A stretch of DNA of 64,000 nt from Candidatus Gottesmanbacteria bacterium (GTDB lineage: Bacteria; Patescibacteriota; Microgenomatia; UBA10105; UBA927): assembly GCA_903821745.1 (NCBI GenBank), contig CAIJMI010000004.1, forward strand, positions 85,542 to 149,541, given 5' to 3'. How positions within the stretch are numbered: the stretch's first letter is position 1; every line of letters starts with the position of its first letter. Positions 29,498-38,229 of this stretch are shown piece by piece. Both the position numbers and the translations under genes were made by a program. The notes under the pieces are model-generated. The model was not told the origin of the DNA. It saw only the letters and a list, made by a program, of their open reading frames with translations, and did no database searches.

Positions 29498-30115
29498 ATG
29501 AAGGGACATACCTTACGTGGGTGTATTGGATTTGCAAGAACAACCATTGGTCTTGTTACTCGCCCATACGAAACATACCGCCGGATTGTTAATCACGGCT
29601 CCTTGTGGGAATTGGTTCCGCTTTCCGTACTCCTTGCATGTTATTTTGCAATTGCCTCATTGGTAAAAACTGCAGCATTTCGTCCATTTGTATTAACAAA
29701 ACAATTTATTATTCTTGCCATTTCGGTTTGTGTGACCTATGGGGTGACGGTTTCATTATTGTGGTGTGTTGCAAAAATCATGAAGGGAAAAGGAACGTTT
29801 CGTTCACTTGCGCTTGCGTGGGGATATACCCTTGTACCAACCCTGCTGTGGTTTTTAATTACGTCGCTTCTTTATGTGCTGTTTCCACCACCGCGAACAG
29901 GAAGACCACTTGGTATATTGTTTAGCGCGTTATATCTATCTTTTTCAACCGTTCTTTTTTTCTGGAAGGCGATGCTTACCTATCTTACATTACGGTTTGG
30001 TATGCGGCTCGACCTGTTTCGAATTATTGCTGTATGTGGAATTGTTGGAAGCGTAATGGTATTTTATAGTCTTGGGATGTATCACTTAGGGATTTTTAAA
30101 ATTCCATTTATATAA
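29498..30115 (+). CDS. Polytopic membrane protein (Yip1-domain-like)
   Basis: Five predicted TM helices, 205 aa; no catalytic motif. Confidence 0.35.
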   Translation: MKGHTLRGCIGFARTTIGLVTRPYETYRRIVNHGSLWELVPLSVLLACYFAIASLVKTAAFRPFVLTKQFIILAISVCVTYGVTVSLLWCVAKIMKGKGTFRSLALAWGYTLVPTLLWFLITSLLYVLFPPPRTGRPLGILFSALYLSFSTVLFFWKAMLTYLTLRFGMRLDLFRIIAVCGIVGSVMVFYSLGMYHLGIFKIPFI

Positions 30116-30116
30116 T

Positions 30117-31259
30117 ATGAAATTAAATAAAACAGAGTCAGTATCCAGAAGACGAAAAGAAGTTGAAAAATACTTACATATTTCTCTTGCTAACACTGGC
30201 TCCTTTTCACTGGATGAAGAAATGGCTGCAACACGGCACTGTGAACACATGATTGGGGTAACGCAAGTTCCACTCGGTGTTGCAGGCCCACTCAAATATA
30301 GAACGTTGCAGTCACCATTTCAGGAAGTATATCTTCCACTTGCCACAACGGAGGGTGCGCTTATTGCATCTATTAATCGGGGATGTAAAGCAATTGTTGA
30401 AAGTGGAGGAGCGGTCGTGGATAGCTATGATGTTGGGGCAACACGTGGTCCGGTATTTTACACAAAAAATTTGAAGGAAAGCGATCGACTAAACATATTT
30501 TTGGATGCGCATCTTAAAGAAATGCAACAACTTGTTCGAGTTACATCGAATCACTGTACACTAAAAAAAATATTTTCCCGTGGTGTTGGACAATATCGGT
30601 TTGTTCGTTTTGTGTTTGATACACAAGATGCCATGGGCTTAAACATGGTAACCATTGCCACAGAAAAAATTGCACAATATATCGAAGAAAAAACAGGAAT
30701 TGTTTGCGTTTCATTATCCGGAAACTATTGTGTCGACAAAAAGCCATCATGGCTTAATGCAATTGAGGGGCGTGGCTCAAAAGTGTGGGCAGAAGTTGTT
30801 ATTCCGGAAACAGTAATAAAAAGCATACTTAAAACAACGGCGCAAAATATATATGACGTCTGGATTTCAAAATGCATGATGGGAAGCGTGATGAGTGGTT
30901 CGATGGGCTATAACGCACAATTTGCCAATGTCCTAGCAGCGGTCTTTTTGGCAACAGGCCAGGACATCGCACATGTTATAGAATGTTCAATTGGTATCAC
31001 CACGACGGAAGTTCGCGGGAAAGATTTATATGTGAGTGTGTATTTGCCGGACCTTTTGGTGGGCACTGTGGGTGGCGGGACCGAACTTGCCACGCAAAAA
31101 GAAGCATTACAAATTCTTGGCGTATATGGAAAAGACAAAAAACAATTTGTAGGAATTATTGGGGCAGCGGTGCTTGCTGGAGAAATTTCACTCCTGGCGA
31201 GCTTGGCTGAAGGAACGCTTGCGAAAGCACACATAAAGCTGGCAAGAGGAAAGAAATAA
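30117..31259 (+). CDS. hmgA: Hydroxymethylglutaryl-CoA reductase
   Basis: Conserved HMGR motifs EHMIGVTQVPLGVAGPL, DAMGLNMV, GTVGGGT; 380 aa. Confidence 0.85.
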   Translation: MKLNKTESVSRRRKEVEKYLHISLANTGSFSLDEEMAATRHCEHMIGVTQVPLGVAGPLKYRTLQSPFQEVYLPLATTEGALIASINRGCKAIVESGGAVVDSYDVGATRGPVFYTKNLKESDRLNIFLDAHLKEMQQLVRVTSNHCTLKKIFSRGVGQYRFVRFVFDTQDAMGLNMVTIATEKIAQYIEEKTGIVCVSLSGNYCVDKKPSWLNAIEGRGSKVWAEVVIPETVIKSILKTTAQNIYDVWISKCMMGSVMSGSMGYNAQFANVLAAVFLATGQDIAHVIECSIGITTTEVRGKDLYVSVYLPDLLVGTVGGGTELATQKEALQILGVYGKDKKQFVGIIGAAVLAGEISLLASLAEGTLAKAHIKLARGKK

Positions 31260-31266
31260 TACAGAT

Positions 31267-32310
31267 ATGATTGGCATCGTCTCATACGGAACATATGTAC
31301 CAAAATATCGGGTGAGAGTTACCGATATAGCTTCTGCATGGAAGAAAAATCCCGCTGATATTATCGGTGTCCTTGGGGTAAAAGAAAAAACGGTTCCCGG
31401 TGTGGATGAAGATGCAGTAACCATAGCGGTAGAGGCAGCACTGCAAAGTCTGAAAAATTTTCATGGGATCCCAGCAGATATTGAAGCTTTGCTTATTGGA
31501 TCAGAAAGCCATCCATATGCAGTGAACCCTTCATCAACTATTGTTGGGGAGATGCTTGAAATTGGAAACAAGTATTTGGCATCGGATTTGGAATTTGCAT
31601 GTAAAGCAGGAACTGCCGGCATGCAAATGATTGCCAGTTTGGTTTCCTCAGGGCAAATAACCTATGGTATGGCCATTGGTGCAGATACCGCACAAAGCAA
31701 ACCTCACGATGCGTTGGAATATACTTCCGCTTCTGCAGGAGTTGCAATGTTGATGGGGAAAACAAAGACGATTGCATCGTTGTTGTCATACACATCCTAT
31801 TCTTCAGACACACCAGATTTTTGGCGGCGTGATGGAATTCGGTATCCGTCACATGCAGGCAGATTTACTGGAGAACCTGCATATTTTGCACACGTTATGG
31901 GAGCAGCAAACCAATTGATGAAAAAAGTGCGTATTCAGCCTAAAGATATTGATTACTGTATTTTTCATATGCCAAATGGAAAATTCCCTCGTGAAGTTGC
32001 AAAACGGTTGGGATTTACCGAGAAACAATTGGCTCCGTCTTTGACTGTTGATTATATCGGCAATCCCTATTCTGCATCAGCCATGATGGGGCTTGCTGCG
32101 GTACTCGATATTGCAAAACCAAACAAAAAAATATTTATGGTGTCCTACGGATCAGGTGCAGGGAGCGACGCATTTTTATGGAAAACAACAGCAAACATTA
32201 CTGCGTTGCAGGCAAAACGAAAAAAGCAGCAAGGTCTAGTGATGCAACAAGTGGAACAGAAAAGCTTTGTCGATTATCTTGGATATCTAAAACAAACACA
32301 CAAAATATGA
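31267..32310 (+). CDS. Hydroxymethylglutaryl-CoA synthase (archaeal/PksG-like type)
   Basis: N-terminus MIGIVSYGTYVPKYRV typical of archaeal HMGS; thiolase-like fold; followed by thiolase and DUF35 genes. Confidence 0.8.
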   Translation: MIGIVSYGTYVPKYRVRVTDIASAWKKNPADIIGVLGVKEKTVPGVDEDAVTIAVEAALQSLKNFHGIPADIEALLIGSESHPYAVNPSSTIVGEMLEIGNKYLASDLEFACKAGTAGMQMIASLVSSGQITYGMAIGADTAQSKPHDALEYTSASAGVAMLMGKTKTIASLLSYTSYSSDTPDFWRRDGIRYPSHAGRFTGEPAYFAHVMGAANQLMKKVRIQPKDIDYCIFHMPNGKFPREVAKRLGFTEKQLAPSLTVDYIGNPYSASAMMGLAAVLDIAKPNKKIFMVSYGSGAGSDAFLWKTTANITALQAKRKKQQGLVMQQVEQKSFVDYLGYLKQTHKI

Positions 32311-33449
32311 ACATAACCGTTGCAGGAATCGGTATTACAAAGTTTGGAGAATTATGGTCAGCCTCTCCGCGGTCGCTTGCGAAGATTGCGGTGGAAATGG
32401 CAATTGCTGATAGCGGTGTTGAAAAGAAATCAATTCAAGGATTGTTTGTTGCAAATATGCTTGCAGGAATGCTGGGAATGCAGGGTCATCTTGGCGCATT
32501 ATTTTCTGAAGAGCTGGGACTTTCTGTTCCTGCATATACTGTTGAAGGAGCGTGTGCATCTGGCGGACTGGCAGTACAAGCCGGTGTCATGAGTATTCTG
32601 TCTGGACAGTACGATACCGTCGTAGTACTTGGGGTAGAAAAAATGACGGATCACAAACCGGAAGAAGTAAGCTCTGCATTGATGGGGGCGGGAAGTAATG
32701 AAGAGCGACTTGCAGGTGCAACATTCCCGGGACTCTATGCCATGCTTGCTCGGGCGCATATGGAAAAATTTGGTACAACAGAAAAACAAATGGCAGCAGT
32801 TGCAGTAAAGAATCATTTTCATGCAAGTTTAAACCCAAATGCACAATATAAGAATACAATTACCGTTGATCACGTACTGCGCAGTTCTTGTATTGCAGAC
32901 CCATTGAAACTTTTGGATTGTTCTCCAGTAACAGATGGCGCCGCAGCAATTGTCCTTACGAAAGACACAAAAAACAAAAAAGGAGTGCATATCATTGCTT
33001 CCCAAATAGCAACAGATACGTTGGGACTTGCGGGGAGGAAAAGCTTAACTGAGCTTTCTGCAACCAAACAAGCAGCGCAACATGCATTTATCCAAGCTGG
33101 AGTTGGTCAAAAAGATATTCATCTTGCGGAAGTACATGATTGTTTTACCATTGCAGAAATTCTTGCCATTGAAGATATTGGATTTGGAAAAAAAGGAGAA
33201 GTTGGAAGAGAGATGGAACATGGTACATACACGCTTGGAACTGCACCGGGAGTTGTTGTGAATTCGTCAGGAGGACTGAAAGGGTGTGGTCATCCAATTG
33301 GTGCAACTGGTGTAAAACAAATTGTTGAAATTACCAGCCAATTACGAGGAACGTGCGGAAAACGGCAGGTTCATGATGCAAAAATTGGACTTGCACATAA
33401 CGTTGGGGGAAGTGGCGCAACCGCGGTTGTTCACATTTTACAAAAATAA
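32307..33449 (+). CDS. Acetyl-CoA acetyltransferase (thiolase, archaeal type)
   Basis: Start set at MNITVAGIGITKFGE (ATGA overlap with HMGS stop); C-terminal thiolase motifs GCGHPIGATG and NVGGSGA. Confidence 0.8.
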   Translation: MNITVAGIGITKFGELWSASPRSLAKIAVEMAIADSGVEKKSIQGLFVANMLAGMLGMQGHLGALFSEELGLSVPAYTVEGACASGGLAVQAGVMSILSGQYDTVVVLGVEKMTDHKPEEVSSALMGAGSNEERLAGATFPGLYAMLARAHMEKFGTTEKQMAAVAVKNHFHASLNPNAQYKNTITVDHVLRSSCIADPLKLLDCSPVTDGAAAIVLTKDTKNKKGVHIIASQIATDTLGLAGRKSLTELSATKQAAQHAFIQAGVGQKDIHLAEVHDCFTIAEILAIEDIGFGKKGEVGREMEHGTYTLGTAPGVVVNSSGGLKGCGHPIGATGVKQIVEITSQLRGTCGKRQVHDAKIGLAHNVGGSGATAVVHILQK

Positions 33450-33453
33450 AAAT

Positions 33454-33753
33454 ATGATAAGCCCTGTTAAAATTTGGCGAAATCAAAAACACACAGCGAA
33501 ACTCGTCGGAAAAACCGGCAGTATTTTAGTCTGGACCATTATCCGCGTGCCACCTGAAGGATTTAGTAATCAAGCACCGTATCCACTTGCGGTGGTTGTT
33601 CTTGATAAAGGACCAACTATTACTGCACAGGTTGTTGATTGGGACGAGAAACAATTGCACACAAAACAAAAAGTGATTACGGTTATTCGTCGGACAATTG
33701 ATACAACTGCTGACGGGGTGATTCCATACGGCATGAAAGTAAAACCAGTATGA
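33454..33753 (+). CDS. DUF35 OB-fold protein (HMGS/thiolase complex partner), no Zn-ribbon
   Basis: ~99 aa ORF immediately after thiolase, start MISPVK 4 nt after thiolase stop; position and size match third subunit of archaeal thiolase/HMGS complex; lacks Cys of Zn ribbon. Confidence 0.5.
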   Translation: MISPVKIWRNQKHTAKLVGKTGSILVWTIIRVPPEGFSNQAPYPLAVVVLDKGPTITAQVVDWDEKQLHTKQKVITVIRRTIDTTADGVIPYGMKVKPV

Positions 33754-34688
33754 TAACAGTTTCTGTTCCAGGAAAAATTCATTTGATGGGAGAGCATGCG
33801 GTGGTATATGGGACACCGGCGCTACTTGCGGCAATCAATAAACGCATGTCTATATCAATTGAATCCGCAAAAAAAACTGAAATTATCACGTTGGAATCAA
33901 AAAAGTATGTGTCGTATGCACTTGAACAGGTAAAAAAATATTTGCATATGGAAACGCTCCCTCCAATGCGGATTACCATCACATCAAATATCCCTGCAGG
34001 ATTTCACTTAGGGTCATCTGCAGCAGCAGCCGTTGGTATCGTTGCTGCTGTTATTTATTTCATAAAAAAAATATGGAATCCAAATTTAATAAATCAAATT
34101 GCCTATGAGGTAGAGAAAAAGCAACATGGAAATCCATCTGGTGGAGATAATACCATAGTGACCATGGGGGGAATGATCTGGTTCCGGAAAGAATTAGAAT
34201 TTTTAAAAAGCATATGGCAACTTGATATAGCCATTCCTAAATCATTAAATCATTTTGTCCTTGTAAATACCGGGAAGCCAAAAGAAACAACTGGAGAGAT
34301 GGTTGCTTTCGTTCGAATAAAAGTAAATAAGAATCCAGAAAAAATGAAACGATTGTTCCTAGAAAATGAAGAACAAGTGAAAAAAATTGCAGTAGCAATA
34401 AAAGAAGAAAATGAGACAATGTTACTGAATGCACTTAAACAGGGTGAACAAACACTTGAAAAAATGGGAGTTGTTGGCAAAACAATTATTCCTTGTATAC
34501 GGGCAATTGAAGCATCAGGGGGAGCAGTAAAAATTCTAGGTGGCGGCGGAAAAAAGGAAGGCGTTGGGTTTCTTCTCTGCTATCATAAAAAGAAGAAGAT
34601 TTTGGAAAACATAACAAAAAAATTTGGTTATCCTATTGAAAACATTGTATTAGGAGAAGCAGGCGTTCGTCTTGACCGAAAGGAATAA
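33750..34688 (+). CDS. mvk: Mevalonate kinase (GHMP kinase)
   Basis: N-terminal PGKIHLMGEHAVVYG and GHMP motif PAGFHLGSSAAAAVG. Confidence 0.7.
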   Translation: MITVSVPGKIHLMGEHAVVYGTPALLAAINKRMSISIESAKKTEIITLESKKYVSYALEQVKKYLHMETLPPMRITITSNIPAGFHLGSSAAAAVGIVAAVIYFIKKIWNPNLINQIAYEVEKKQHGNPSGGDNTIVTMGGMIWFRKELEFLKSIWQLDIAIPKSLNHFVLVNTGKPKETTGEMVAFVRIKVNKNPEKMKRLFLENEEQVKKIAVAIKEENETMLLNALKQGEQTLEKMGVVGKTIIPCIRAIEASGGAVKILGGGGKKEGVGFLLCYHKKKKILENITKKFGYPIENIVLGEAGVRLDRKE

Positions 34689-34693
34689 GAAAT

Positions 34694-35617
34694 ATGTTGA
34701 CTGTTTCAGCACCAGGAAAACTTATGCTTATGGGGGAACATGCCGTTGTGTACGGATACCCCTGTATTGTAACCGCGGTGTCTGAACGGTTATCTGTGTC
34801 AATTGAAGAAACACAGGATGAAAAAATAACTATTGATGCGCCACAGGTGAAGGACACCCGATTTGTGGATCAGGCAATTATTGAAGGATGTAAGGCATGG
34901 AACATTACGCATCATGGTTTACGTTTAACCACCCACAGCAATTTTTCTAACTGTTATGGATTCGGATCATCATCAGCGGTTACTGTTGCAACACTGTATG
35001 CAATTGCAACCCTTTTTAAACAATCTCTTGATACAAAAATGTTGTTTGATCTTGCATATCAAACCGTGCTTGCAATTCAAGGTGTAGGTTCTGGATTTGA
35101 CATTGCCGCAGCAATATATGGTGGAACGATCGTTTATACAAAAGGCGGAAAAATTTTAGACCAACTAGCATGGGATTTAAATAATGATGTGTCACTGGTT
35201 GTTGGATATACGGGAATGAAAGCAGATACACCAACCATTGTAAAAGAGATCGCAAAAAAGAAAGAAGAACAACCAGAACGGGTAAATAGAATTTTTGAAG
35301 CAATTGCAAAACTCGTGATGCAGGCCAAAACTGCAGGAGACAAAAAAGATTGGGAAACTGTTGGGAAATTTATGAATTTCAATCAAGAATATTTGCGTGA
35401 TCTTGGAGTAAGCACTGAAAAACTTGAGGTAATGATTCATGCGGCAAACAAAGCAGGGGCCTACGGTGCAAAATTATCGGGCGCAGGAGGCGGCGATTGT
35501 ATGATTGCACTGACCCTAACGGAAAAAAAGAAAATTATTGAACAGGCAATTATTTCAGTAGGTGGTATTGTTGTTCCCGTGAGTATCCATACGGAAGGGG
35601 TACGGATAGAGCAATGA
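34694..35617 (+). CDS. GHMP kinase, probable phosphomevalonate kinase
   Basis: PGKLMLMGEHAVVYG N-terminus and GFGSSSAVTVA GHMP motif; second GHMP kinase between mvk and decarboxylase. Confidence 0.55.
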   Translation: MLTVSAPGKLMLMGEHAVVYGYPCIVTAVSERLSVSIEETQDEKITIDAPQVKDTRFVDQAIIEGCKAWNITHHGLRLTTHSNFSNCYGFGSSSAVTVATLYAIATLFKQSLDTKMLFDLAYQTVLAIQGVGSGFDIAAAIYGGTIVYTKGGKILDQLAWDLNNDVSLVVGYTGMKADTPTIVKEIAKKKEEQPERVNRIFEAIAKLVMQAKTAGDKKDWETVGKFMNFNQEYLRDLGVSTEKLEVMIHAANKAGAYGAKLSGAGGGDCMIALTLTEKKKIIEQAIISVGGIVVPVSIHTEGVRIEQ

Positions 35618-36597
35618 TAAAAATAACGGTGGTTGCACCAGCAAATATCGCGTTTATAAAATATTGGGGCAAACGGTCAGAAAAATTTCGAATACCACTC
35701 AATGATTCCATTTCCATGAATTTAAGCGGAGCAGCAACAACAACAACGGTGGAATTTTCTTCTGCGTTTGAGAAAGACGACATTACATTTAGTGGAGAAA
35801 CAATTTCAGAAAAAGAAATCGAACGGATAACAACGCATCTGGATCGGGTTCGACGTATTGCTCACAAAAAAATATATGCTCGTGTAGTAACGAAAAATTC
35901 TTTTCCAAAAGGAACAGGAATTGCATCATCTGCATCCGGATTTGCAGCACTCACCGTTGCAGCGACACAAGCAATTGACCTTCGTCTTTCAGAAAAAGCG
36001 GTAACTATACTTGCTCGTATTGGATCAGGGTCTGCATGTCGAAGTATTCCTGACGGATTTTCTTGGTGGCATGCTGGAAAAAAATCGTCTGATTCTTATG
36101 CAGAATCTTTTGTTCCATCAACGTGGTGGGATATACGTGACATCTTGTGTGTTGTTTCAACGGAAGCAAAAAAAATATCAAGCACGGAGGGAATGGAGAA
36201 TATACGAACCAGCCCTTATTGGCAAGAACGGATATTGGGAATACCAGAAAAAATTGGGCGCGTGCAACAGGCTATAAAAGAACGAAATATTAACACACTT
36301 GGTAGCATTATCGAAGAAGATGCAATTTCAATGCATTGTGTCATGATGACGCAAAAACCCCCGTTATTTTATTGGAATGATACGACATTGCGGGTTATGG
36401 AAGGAGTGTATGCACTTCGAGCAAAAGGATTTCCAGCTTACTTTACGATAGACGCTGGTCCTAATGTACACATCATTTGCAGAAGTGAAGAGGAACAAAT
36501 CATTGTGGAAGAAATGAAGAGAATAAACGGTGTACAATCTATTATTGTAAATGAACCGTGTTTAGGAGCACATAGTATTTCAAGTCATCTATTTTAA
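35614..36597 (+). CDS. mvaD: Diphosphomevalonate decarboxylase
   Basis: N-terminal APANIAFIKYWGKR signature, GHMP fold (GIASSASGFAAL). Confidence 0.8.
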   Translation: MIKITVVAPANIAFIKYWGKRSEKFRIPLNDSISMNLSGAATTTTVEFSSAFEKDDITFSGETISEKEIERITTHLDRVRRIAHKKIYARVVTKNSFPKGTGIASSASGFAALTVAATQAIDLRLSEKAVTILARIGSGSACRSIPDGFSWWHAGKKSSDSYAESFVPSTWWDIRDILCVVSTEAKKISSTEGMENIRTSPYWQERILGIPEKIGRVQQAIKERNINTLGSIIEEDAISMHCVMMTQKPPLFYWNDTTLRVMEGVYALRAKGFPAYFTIDAGPNVHIICRSEEEQIIVEEMKRINGVQSIIVNEPCLGAHSISSHLF

Positions 36598-36598
36598 T

Positions 36599-37285
36599 AT
36601 GGAAGAAAAAAAGATCATCCCACAACATATTGCAATTATCATGGATGGAAATCGGCGGTGGGCAAAAGAGCGGGGGTTGCCAACGATTGAGGGGCATAGA
36701 AAAGTTGCAGATGAAATACTTGAACCACTAATAGAACACGCCGCTAATAAGGGTGTGAAATACATAACACTGTGGGCCTGGTCAACAGAAAATTGGAACC
36801 GTTCAAGTGCTGAAGTATCTGCCATTATGAAACTATTTCACCATATTATTCAAAATCGCTGGGGGAGATTACATGAAAAAGGCGTGAAAATTAGGGTGAT
36901 TGGTGATATTTCCAAGTTCTCGCCTGACATTAAAGACGCCATCACCAAAGTCATTGAGCAAACAAAGAATAATACGAGGATAACGGCAATTTTTGCACTA
37001 AATTATGGCGGACGCGATGAAGTGATTCGAGCAATAAAGAAAATTAAAAATTTTAAAGAAATGACAACAGAGACGTTTGGAAATGCGCTTGATACTGGGG
37101 GAATTCCAGATCCGGAACTCATCATCAGAACAGGTGGAGAACAACGGTTATCTGGATTTTTGTTATGGCAAAGTGAATATAGTGAGTTATCATTTCCTTC
37201 TTGGTATATGCCAGAATTTATACCAAAAAAATTAGATGAATTAATTGAAGAATTTCATTCTCGACAAAGAAGATTTGGTAAGTAA
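36599..37285 (+). CDS. uppS: Undecaprenyl-diphosphate synthase (cis-prenyltransferase)
   Basis: PQHIAIIMDGNRRWA catalytic motif, C-terminal RFG(K); terminal gene of mevalonate operon. Confidence 0.85.
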   Translation: MEEKKIIPQHIAIIMDGNRRWAKERGLPTIEGHRKVADEILEPLIEHAANKGVKYITLWAWSTENWNRSSAEVSAIMKLFHHIIQNRWGRLHEKGVKIRVIGDISKFSPDIKDAITKVIEQTKNNTRITAIFALNYGGRDEVIRAIKKIKNFKEMTTETFGNALDTGGIPDPELIIRTGGEQRLSGFLLWQSEYSELSFPSWYMPEFIPKKLDELIEEFHSRQRRFGK

Positions 37286-37287
37286 AT

Positions 37288-37617
37288 TTACTTAAATATA
37301 TTTCCTATAGCGCTGATGCCAAAAATAATGCCAAGAAGCTGAGTTAACCAGAAGGCGACAAAAATAACAATGAATCCTACGATGGCATATGTCAGTGTTT
37401 GTTTCCCCTTTTCCATTTTTTTTGTATCGCCAGCGCTTGTTAAAAGTGTAAAACCTGCGCTAATTATCATAATGAGAAGTCCGATGCCAGCTATTGGGAG
37501 AGCGAATTTAAAGATACCGCTCAGAATATCTCCGAGTGTTTTTGTGGTATTTCCTAACGGGCCTACATAAGTGGTTCCACCTGGAAATTCTACTTTTTGT
37601 GCAAGTAATAAATGCAT
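37288..37617 (-). CDS. VirB2/TrbC-like pilin family protein (paralog 7)
   Basis: IISAGFTLLTSAGDTKKMEKGKQTLTYAIVGFIVI motif, same family as 26.4-28.7 kb array. Confidence 0.45.
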   Translation of the reverse strand: MHLLLAQKVEFPGGTTYVGPLGNTTKTLGDILSGIFKFALPIAGIGLLIMIISAGFTLLTSAGDTKKMEKGKQTLTYAIVGFIVIFVAFWLTQLLGIIFGISAIGNIFK

Positions 37618-37618
37618 A

Positions 37619-38182
37619 TTATTTGAAACCTGGAATAGCTAATATTTTTACGCCTATAAGTTGCAACAGAAAAATGGAAAATATGATGAGCAAGAGTCCT
37701 GTGATAGCTGCGTTGACAAGTTCTTTTCCTGCGTTAAGTTTTTCAGGATTTCCTGCTGACATCATAATTTGAAGTGCTCCAAATAAAATCAGGAGAAAGG
37801 CGATTCCTCCTGCAATGCCTACGCCTAAGGTTGAAAGGGTAGTAACTAATCCAATTGCTGTTGCATCAATGCAACCGATTGCTGTCCACACTTTTGTATT
37901 CGTTTTCATGCAATCTTTACAGTGTGTTTGATCTGCTGGGTTAGGAAGGATTTCACAAGCAGTCTTTGGGATTATTATACTATTTCCTTCACTTTCAGCA
38001 CACCGTAAATTGAAATAACAAATATTTTGCCCAACGACGATAGAATTACCACTACAACAGGTTTTACCAAGAGGTTTACATTCCCCATTCGGAATGCAAT
38101 CTGCCGCCACAATGGGAGTCCCTTGAGTCAGAAAGAGTACCGCAACAACAAAGGTAAGTATGAAAGAAACTACTTTTTTCAC
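37619..38182 (-). CDS. Pilin-like protein with N-terminal Cys-rich (10 Cys) extracytoplasmic domain (paralog 8)
   Basis: Signal/TM then ~80-aa segment with 10 Cys (CIPNGECKPLGKTCCSGN...CKDC...), C-terminal pilin-like module ILFGALQIMMSAGNPEKLNAGKELVNAAITGLLLI. Confidence 0.45.
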   Translation of the reverse strand: MKKVVSFILTFVVAVLFLTQGTPIVAADCIPNGECKPLGKTCCSGNSIVVGQNICYFNLRCAESEGNSIIIPKTACEILPNPADQTHCKDCMKTNTKVWTAIGCIDATAIGLVTTLSTLGVGIAGGIAFLLILFGALQIMMSAGNPEKLNAGKELVNAAITGLLLIIFSIFLLQLIGVKILAIPGFK

Positions 38183-38229
38183 TCTTTAAGTGTATCAAAG
38201 CTCCCCTTTAAAGAAAAGGGCATGATAGA

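Noticed and set aside
29498-30115. Yip1-like membrane protein as part of sigma/anti-sigma system
   Set aside because: No specific evidence beyond adjacency; kept as generic membrane protein.
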